Part shown: piece after piece, positions 9,174-13,883 of the stretch | Layout of the letters: each line of letters begins with the position of its first letter | Numbering within the stretch: position 1 is the first letter of the stretch | Source of the DNA: a virus | DNA: 36,760 nucleotides | Direction: 5' to 3' (one strand) | IMG/VR virus record: IMGVR_UViG_3300002821_000001 | Notes under the pieces: model-generated | The model's database searches: none | What the model saw: only the letters and a program-made list of their open reading frames with translations | Told to the model about the DNA's origin: nothing | Program-made: the position numbers and the translations under genes

Positions 9174-9499
9174 TGGCATATATATTTATTGGTAACGAAC
9201 GCGATATACCAACATTAACTTATTTAGGGTATAAAGATAACACGTTAGATAGTGATGAAGAAATTAAGATTGATTACGATATATCTTATCCGTCAAGCAT
9301 TGATTTTAGTGGTATTAAAACTTACGACAATGATAATGTTGCTGTCGTTATATTTAACGATAAGCGACCAATCGAGGTTTATAAATATGATGGCAAACCA
9401 AACAATCATCATCGCATTAAAAATTTAACTGACGATGAAGCATTGCCGTATATTCTTGATTTAATTGATGAAAACTTAATAAGAAAGGTTGGGAAATAA
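9173..9499 (+). CDS. hypothetical protein (108 aa)
   Basis: Translationally coupled ORF. Confidence 0.55.
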   Translation: MAYIFIGNERDIPTLTYLGYKDNTLDSDEEIKIDYDISYPSSIDFSGIKTYDNDNVAVVIFNDKRPIEVYKYDGKPNNHHRIKNLTDDEALPYILDLIDENLIRKVGK

Positions 9500-9500
9500 A

Positions 9501-9716
9501 ATGAAACTTCAAGATATCGAAATTAATAGATTAGAGGAAAACGACATGAATGAATATAGTAAAAATTGTAAATTATTGAAAGCGTGGTATCATGTAAGGC
9601 TTAGAGCCTTAGAAACTATTGATTTATTATATGAGGATTATCCTCATGTTAAATCAGCCTTACTTGCTGATTTATCTTTAATAGAAACGGTCTTAGAGAG
9701 GGGTGATGATAAATGA
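9501..9716 (+). CDS. hypothetical protein (71 aa)
   Basis: ATG at 9501 preceded by GGTTGGGAAA. Confidence 0.5.
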   Translation: MKLQDIEINRLEENDMNEYSKNCKLLKAWYHVRLRALETIDLLYEDYPHVKSALLADLSLIETVLERGDDK

Positions 9717-9916
9717 AAATAAATAAACAAGGGGTAAAGCGATATTTAAGGGGGCATTTGATAACATACAAAATGCTTTCAAAATTGCTTAACATCGAAC
9801 AATCATCAATGCGTAAAAAGATTGATGGAACAAGACCATTAAAAGATGAAGAATGGGCGATTATTATTAGGCATTACCCATCATTAAGATATTATGAAAT
9901 TAAAGAACGGAACTAG
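9713..9916 (+). CDS. hypothetical protein, possible small HTH protein
   Basis: ATGA overlap with the upstream gene. The YKMLSKLLNIEQSSMRKKIDG segment is HTH-like. Confidence 0.45.
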   Translation: MKINKQGVKRYLRGHLITYKMLSKLLNIEQSSMRKKIDGTRPLKDEEWAIIIRHYPSLRYYEIKERN

Positions 9917-10088
9917 AAGTCATATTGCCGATATGAAGATGAAGTTTGAAGATGATTATAGTTGGAAAGGACAAAAAGATATAACTTGCCCTTGCCACGA
10001 TTGTAAAAAGCGACATATCGGTTGCCATGATGATTGCGAAGAATATCTTTTATACAAGAAGTTAAACAAGAAACGAAAGGGGAACTAG
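9894..10088 (+). CDS. Cys/His-rich small protein (start uncertain, 9894 or 9933)
   Basis: CPCHDCKKRHIGCHDDCEEY cluster suggests metal binding. Confidence 0.45.
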   Translation: MKLKNGTRSHIADMKMKFEDDYSWKGQKDITCPCHDCKKRHIGCHDDCEEYLLYKKLNKKRKGN

Positions 10089-10091
10089 ATT

Positions 10092-10571
10092 ATGAAAGCA
10101 AAATGTATGCGTTGTGGTAACGAAATGGAAATAGGACCAAAAGTTACCCCACTTTATGTTTGTGGTATTTGTGGTGACGAAATGAAGGTGACGCCATCTG
10201 TTGCCCCCATTACTAATGCGAACATTCAAGAGTGGAAAGAGAGTTCTAAAATGGATTTAACAATCAATGGGTTTCGTTGGTTAATTAACGAAGTGGCACA
10301 AAAAGATATGCCAAACCAACCAAACGATGACGAGATTGTGGCGTTGGGACGAACTTATACGGCATCAAATCATATCTATATGAATAAAGAGTTGTCGCAT
10401 AAGGTGTTTTACAACACGCTAATACATGAATTAACACACGCATTTATATCGTCTTATGGTTTCGCCCAAGTTGATTTAAGTGCCGAAGTAATGTGCGATT
10501 TTATGGGTTGTTATGCCGAACAAATTGTTACTATTGCTAATGATTATATGAAACAAAGAAAAGGGGAATGA
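10092..10571 (+). CDS. zinc-ribbon plus HExxH putative metallopeptidase-like protein
   Basis: N-terminal CMRCG...CGICG zinc ribbon. LIHELTHAF HExxH motif. Confidence 0.55.
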   Translation: MKAKCMRCGNEMEIGPKVTPLYVCGICGDEMKVTPSVAPITNANIQEWKESSKMDLTINGFRWLINEVAQKDMPNQPNDDEIVALGRTYTASNHIYMNKELSHKVFYNTLIHELTHAFISSYGFAQVDLSAEVMCDFMGCYAEQIVTIANDYMKQRKGE

Positions 10572-10574
10572 ATT

Positions 10575-10664
10575 ATGAAAAGAGAAAAATTAGAAAGTTT
10601 TATTGGGAAGAAAGTTGAAGTGAGTTTTAATGTTCCGTCTGAAATGGAAGGAGAAAAGGAATGA
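10575..10664 (+). CDS. possible micro-ORF (29 aa)
   Basis: AAAAGGGGAA RBS 5 nt upstream. Stop overlaps the next ATG (ATGA). Confidence 0.3.
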   Translation: MKREKLESFIGKKVEVSFNVPSEMEGEKE

Positions 10665-11107
10665 CAAAAGTAATCACAAAATTAATGAATAAGATTTGTG
10701 AGATGGAGTTTCCGTCATTTTATGTGTATGACTTCATTAGCAACGATAAGGAGTTAATGCCACTTAATAATTCGCATAACTTTTTATGGTATTTGGCAAC
10801 AGATATACATTATCACACATTAGAAACAACATTAGAAGAAGCAATATTAAGCGCTTGTAGTTATGCTTATTGGTCTAAATGCGAATACGAGCATTGGGTT
10901 GATGGAAATAAGATTAAAGAAGACGGTTATTACGAGCAATTTATTCGATGGGCTTATGATGATGAAAACCTTGATTGGTATAGTTGTAAAGACAAAGAGC
11001 CGATTGGTTTAAGAACTTGGTTGCAAAATCACGCTTTAACTAAAATGTGGGAAAACGCAAGAGCAAAAGCATTAAAGAAAATTGAAAAGGAAAAAGGGGG
11101 GAAATAA
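10661..11107 (+). CDS. hypothetical protein (148 aa)
   Basis: GGAGAAAAGGA RBS, operon context. Confidence 0.6.
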   Translation: MTKVITKLMNKICEMEFPSFYVYDFISNDKELMPLNNSHNFLWYLATDIHYHTLETTLEEAILSACSYAYWSKCEYEHWVDGNKIKEDGYYEQFIRWAYDDENLDWYSCKDKEPIGLRTWLQNHALTKMWENARAKALKKIEKEKGGK

Positions 11108-11532
11108 TGGAAATTAAGTTTGTAGTAATTGGAGAGCCATTTGGCAAGAAACGACCACGAGCAAGGGTTATCGGCAAACATGCTTCAGTTTATAATGACC
11201 CAGCCAATCAAAATTACGAGTTAAAAGTAGTCAATGCGTTTAATCAAGTGTATCATGGCGAATACCCGATGTTTGACGAAAAAGCGTTTGTAAGAGCGGG
11301 CATTAGAGCCACATACACGATACCAAAGTCATTTAGTAAAAAGAATAGAACATTGGCGTTGCTTGGCTATCTTAAACCCACAAAGAAGCCCGATTTAGAT
11401 AATATCGCGAAGACGATTTTAGATGGGCTTAACGGGTTTGCTTATCACGATGACGCACAAGTTGTTACATTGTATATCGAAAAACAATATGGCGAAAACG
11501 CACAAGTAGAAATTACATTGGAGATGATTTAA
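11107..11532 (+). CDS. rusA: RusA-family Holliday junction resolvase
   Basis: GKKRPR near the N-terminus and KPDLDNIAKTILDGLNGFAYHDDAQV, the RusA catalytic signature. Confidence 0.88.
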   Translation: MEIKFVVIGEPFGKKRPRARVIGKHASVYNDPANQNYELKVVNAFNQVYHGEYPMFDEKAFVRAGIRATYTIPKSFSKKNRTLALLGYLKPTKKPDLDNIAKTILDGLNGFAYHDDAQVVTLYIEKQYGENAQVEITLEMI

Positions 11533-11720
11533 TGACAGCACAACGCAAAGCATTTATTAAATCAATGTATAAAGACATTAGCGATAAAGTATTGTTAAAA
11601 GAATATAAGAACATTAAGTCGTTGTCTTGTATATCGTTGATTGCGGAACAAGAGTATAAGTTGGCATTGGAAGTATTGGTTGAATTATTACAAGAACGCA
11701 ACTTAGAAATACCAAAGTAA
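11532..11720 (+). CDS. hypothetical protein (62 aa)
   Basis: TAATG-coupled ORF. Confidence 0.5.
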   Translation: MTAQRKAFIKSMYKDISDKVLLKEYKNIKSLSCISLIAEQEYKLALEVLVELLQERNLEIPK

Positions 11721-11831
11721 AGGGGAAAGCAAACGAAAACAAAAAACAATTCAGGTTAAGCAATCGTTGTCTATCACGTCTTGTATAACGTTTTGTTTAA
11801 TAGTAAAATAAAAAGAAAGGAGAATAAAACA

Positions 11832-12011
11832 ATGGAAGAAAAAAAGTATCGATTTGAAATTACGGAGAATGAAGCAAACATTGTGTTAGCAGCATTAAGC
11901 GAATTACCATTTAAGGTATCATCGCAACTGATTGTCAAATTACAATCACAAGCACAAACACAAAACAAAGTCGAAGTAGTCGAAAAAGAAAAGACAGCGA
12001 AAAAGTCCTAA
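11832..12011 (+). CDS. hypothetical protein (59 aa)
   Basis: AAAGGAGAA RBS before ATG 11832. The track ORF starts further upstream without an RBS. Confidence 0.55.
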   Translation: MEEKKYRFEITENEANIVLAALSELPFKVSSQLIVKLQSQAQTQNKVEVVEKEKTAKKS

Positions 12012-12121
12012 TGGAAAACGAACTCACTAGACGAGAAAAGTTATTTGTATTAGTGATATGGTTGATATCGGTATCGGTAATCGTGGCACACATTACTTTG
12101 GGTATATTGGTATTTGCCTAA
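12011..12121 (+). CDS. small single-pass membrane peptide (36 aa)
   Basis: TAATG coupling. MENELTRREKLFVLVIWLISVSVIVAHITLGILVFA has a charged N-terminus followed by one TM helix. Confidence 0.4.
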   Translation: MENELTRREKLFVLVIWLISVSVIVAHITLGILVFA

Positions 12122-12124
12122 CGA

Positions 12125-12153
12125 TTGACAATTAGATGACACGGTAGTAATAT
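12125..12153 (+). promoter_or_regulatory. candidate promoter TTGACA-17-TAATAT (a TATAAT is also present at 12151)
   Basis: Consensus -35 at 12125..12130. Two overlapping -10 options. Confidence 0.4.
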
Positions 12154-12159
12154 AATAAT

Positions 12160-12346
12160 GTGGGTTGGCGATTGTCTATTAGACAACAATAAGTCCATTG
12201 CCGAAAAGGAACAAATTGGCAGTCCCACACCAGATATGGTCTTTAAGATATGGTCTTTAAGATAATGGCAGGTAAGATAATGACTTGGCAGTTTAACCGC
12301 CGAGAACAAGGGTTGATGGGTTTGATATCCCTCGCCCTTTTCTTTT
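12160..12346 (+). ncRNA. candidate ncRNA of about 185 nt containing four 14-15-nt tandem repeats and ending in an intrinsic terminator
   Basis: No RBS-supported ORF. Repeats GATATGGTCTTTAA x2, GATAATGGCAGGTAA, GATAATGACTTGGCA (12233..12290). Terminator GGG..GGG-loop-CCC..CCC followed by TTTTCTTTT (12310..12346). Several U.G pairs work only on the + strand. Confidence 0.35.
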
Positions 12347-12370
12347 ATGATATAATGTATTTAACAAATA

Positions 12371-12390
12371 GGGTGGCAACACCCCTTTTT
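12371..12390. terminator. GC hairpin GGGTG-GCAA-CACCC with T-run (+ strand); may act bidirectionally
   Basis: Stem 12371..12375 pairs with 12380..12384, then CTTTTT. On the minus strand it follows the tRNA-like gene (UAUUUGUU tail). Confidence 0.5.
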
Positions 12391-12398
12391 ATTTATCT

Positions 12399-12472
12399 TG
12401 GTGGAGTAGATGAGAATTGAACTCATATTCTTGACACGATTTAATCACATCAAGTCGATACCTTACTACCCC
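12399..12472 (-). ncRNA. 74-nt tRNA-like RNA with alanine identity elements and tmRNA-TLD-like features (no canonical D or anticodon arm)
   Basis: RNA sequence: GGGGUAG-UAA-GGUAUCGAC-UUGAUGUGAU-UAA-AUCGUGUCAA-GAAU-AUGAG-UUCAAUU-CUCAU-CUACUCC-A-CCA. It has a 7-bp acceptor stem with G3.U70, A73, a canonical T-arm and an encoded CCA. The central 11-bp stem has three G.U pairs that are valid only on the minus strand. Confidence 0.55.
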
Positions 12473-12501
12473 ATAATCTTTAATTATAACATAGTATTTT
12501 T

Positions 12502-12666
12502 ATACCCCCCCCTATGTCTAGAAATGTGAAATATCGTTTATTTTTAGGCACATTTTTATCACACATCGTTTTTTATTATACCAAAATAAATAAAAAAAAT
12601 ATGGGATATCTGGGGCTTGGGCGATTTTCACATACAATTTTGTGTCGGCACTCTTGTCAAGTAAAA
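12502..12666. repeat. non-coding element copy A (homologous to 35004..35165)
   Basis: Shared blocks at equal spacing: ATAC(7-8)TAT, a 19-bp identical stretch aaaaaaatatgggatatct (12593..12611 and 35093..35111), atacaatttt, and ttgtcaagtaaaa. Confidence 0.8.
12575..12583 (-). promoter_or_regulatory. extended -10 promoter TGgTATAAT on the minus strand, reading toward the tRNA-like gene
   Basis: Same TGGTATAATAA motif as the + strand promoters at 8734, 16564 and 32701. A/T-rich UP-like tract upstream. About 95 nt upstream of the tRNA-like 5' end. Confidence 0.45.
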
Positions 12667-12744
12667 GACATTTACAAGCACCCTAATAATGGGCTTCAAT
12701 CGTCTTTTTAATTGGCTTGATTGATTGTGATTGATTGCTTTCAT
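12628..12744 (-). CDS. basic micro-ORF A (38 aa)
   Basis: GAGGTG RBS 6 nt before the ATG. MKAINHNQSSQLKRRLKPIIRVLVNVFYLTRVPTQNCM. Stops at the same aligned position as micro-ORF B. Confidence 0.4.
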   Translation of the reverse strand: MKAINHNQSSQLKRRLKPIIRVLVNVFYLTRVPTQNCM

Positions 12745-12800
12745 CGTTTATCACCTCGCTAAAATTATAAAACTTTATTTATGGCGATGGCGTGGTCTTT

Positions 12801-12820
12801 TTAGGACAAATTAGGACAAA
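12801..12820. promoter_or_regulatory. tandem TTAGGACAAA x2, operator-like, abutting the -35 of the 12826 promoter
   Basis: Perfect 10-bp direct repeat located between divergent transcription units. TAGGACAA also lies within the 8715 promoter spacer. Confidence 0.4.
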
Positions 12821-12825
12821 TGCTA

Positions 12826-12853
12826 TTGACATCTAAAAAATGGCAATTATAAT
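12826..12853 (+). promoter_or_regulatory. near-consensus promoter TTGACA-16-TATAAT
   Basis: -35 at 12826..12831, -10 at 12848..12853. Confidence 0.7.
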
Positions 12854-12908
12854 TAGTGGTGTCTTATGGCGTTAGGCAAGAGCCAAATCGCCGCTAGTTC
12901 TTTGAAAA

Positions 12909-12968
12909 CTTAACAACGTATCAGCAAGAAGCCATTGAAAAAGACGCTCTATTTACTGATACGTTAAG
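12909..12968 (+). promoter_or_regulatory. long 5'-UTR hairpin (13 bp with a 3-nt bulge, 31-nt loop)
   Basis: cttaaCAAcgtatcag (12909..12924) pairs with ctgatacgttaag (12956..12968). Confidence 0.45.
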
Positions 12969-12969
12969 C

Positions 12970-12993
12970 ATTGACGCTTATATGTTCCCCCGC
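12970..12993. repeat. left arm of a perfect 24-bp inverted repeat (partner 13202..13225); also contains the anti-SD TTCCCC
   Basis: attgacgcttatatgttcccccgc is the exact reverse complement of 13202..13225. TTCCCC (12985..12990) pairs with GGGGAA (12998..13003), which is the SD of the ORF. Confidence 0.9.
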
Positions 12994-13005
12994 GAAAGGG
13001 GAAAT

Positions 13006-13194
13006 ATGGCAACATTTAACAATCGTTATAAAGTATACGTGGATGGCTCAATTTTTAGAGCATATTCAAGATTAGACATAGCGAAAATAATCAAACAGGC
13101 ACACGATAACAACGCCAAAAACATAAGTGTAAAAGATTTACAAAACAACCGATTTATTTATAAATGGCAAAGTAAAACATTACTAAACAAATAA
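13006..13194 (+). CDS. hypothetical protein (62 aa) bracketed by the 24-bp inverted repeat
   Basis: AAAGGGGAAAT RBS before ATG 13006. The upstream ATG at 12982 has no RBS. Confidence 0.55.
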   Translation: MATFNNRYKVYVDGSIFRAYSRLDIAKIIKQAHDNNAKNISVKDLQNNRFIYKWQSKTLLNK

Positions 13195-13201
13195 AACAAA
13201 A

Positions 13202-13225
13202 GCGGGGGAACATATAAGCGTCAAT
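13202..13225. repeat. right arm of the perfect 24-bp inverted repeat
   Basis: gcgggggaacatataagcgtcaat, beginning 8 nt after the ORF stop. Confidence 0.9.
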
Positions 13226-13253
13226 AATATAAATAGAAAGGAGGCAAAATTAT

Positions 13254-13502
13254 ATGACAAAAGAACAGCACGAAAAGCGTATCATTGATAACGCAACGCG
13301 TTACGGATGGCAATTAGAAAAGCAAGAAACAGCACGACAAATAAACGCGCTTGTCGAATTGCTAGGAATGAACGAGATTGAAGAGGAACAATTCGCGAAG
13401 CGTATTTACGAAGCAATCAAAATAAGATTTTTAGAAATGATTAAGCAAAGCAAACACGATTATATGCTAATTAGTGAAAACGCCAAAGCGGCGACAAAAT
13501 AA
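13254..13502 (+). CDS. hypothetical protein (82 aa)
   Basis: AAAGGAGG RBS. Confidence 0.6.
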   Translation: MTKEQHEKRIIDNATRYGWQLEKQETARQINALVELLGMNEIEEEQFAKRIYEAIKIRFLEMIKQSKHDYMLISENAKAATK

Positions 13503-13514
13503 GGGGGGTAAATT

Positions 13515-13673
13515 ATGAAAGATTTTAGCAAGTATGAAATGGGGCGCGTGCGTGTTAAATTAGATGCTGAACACGCGGAAAGAGTAAGGGCGCGCGCATT
13601 GAAGCAACGGCGCAAACTACAGGATCAGTTAGCGTATGAGTTACAAGAATATGAACGTGGTATAAATTTATGA
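13515..13673 (+). CDS. hypothetical small basic protein (52 aa)
   Basis: AAGGGGGG RBS. Below the track cutoff. Confidence 0.5.
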   Translation: MKDFSKYEMGRVRVKLDAEHAERVRARALKQRRKLQDQLAYELQEYERGINL

Positions 13674-13834
13674 CGATTAAACAATCTCGAGCAATCTATT
13701 ATAAAAAATATAACAATCTTTATAAGATTGCACGCGAAAAAAACATTAAAAAAATAGGGCACGCTTTATGGCAACTTCCAAACGGTGAGCGAATTCACGG
13801 TGTTGAAAACGCAATAAAGAAAGCGCAACAATAA
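13670..13834 (+). CDS. hypothetical small basic protein (54 aa)
   Basis: ATGA overlap with the previous ORF. Followed by a terminator. Confidence 0.45.
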   Translation: MTIKQSRAIYYKKYNNLYKIAREKNIKKIGHALWQLPNGERIHGVENAIKKAQQ

Positions 13835-13855
13835 ACAATTAAACAACAAAGCAAG

Positions 13856-13882
13856 GCGGGGCTTAAAAACCCCGCTTTTTTT
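13856..13882 (+). terminator. rho-independent terminator
   Basis: GCGGGG-cttaaaaa-CCCCGC followed by T7. The IS is inserted at the end of the T-tract. Confidence 0.8.
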
Positions 13883-13883
13883 A

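Noticed and set aside
12011-12121. Type I toxin-antitoxin interpretation of the 36-aa membrane peptide
   Set aside because: It is translationally coupled to the upstream operon (TAATG). Its charge distribution is N-terminal, unlike typical type I toxins, and no dedicated antisense promoter overlaps it. It is left as an ordinary small membrane ORF.
12118-12309. 63-aa minus-strand ORF over the iteron region
   Set aside because: It has no RBS, and the region carries repeat and RNA-structure signals instead.
12399-12472. Reading the tRNA-like gene as an ordinary tRNA-Leu(UAA) or a suppressor tRNA
   Set aside because: A cloverleaf is only possible with a 4-nt D-loop lacking GG, an anticodon stem with three G.U pairs and a 7-nt variable region. 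A Leu tRNA should have a long variable arm. The acceptor stem carries Ala identity rather than Leu identity. It is kept as a formal alternative for tRNAscan-SE or ARAGORN to test.
12399-12472. Explaining the tRNA-like sequence as an attP core copied from a host tRNA or ssrA 3' end
   Set aside because: attP cores carry only the 3' portion of the target gene. Here both acceptor strands, a promoter and a terminator are present, and no integrase is encoded. It cannot be fully excluded without host sequence.
12514-12711. 65-aa + strand ORF across non-coding element A
   Set aside because: It has no RBS. The homologous element B has a stop after 7 codons from the shared ATGGGATATCT, so conservation is at the DNA level only.
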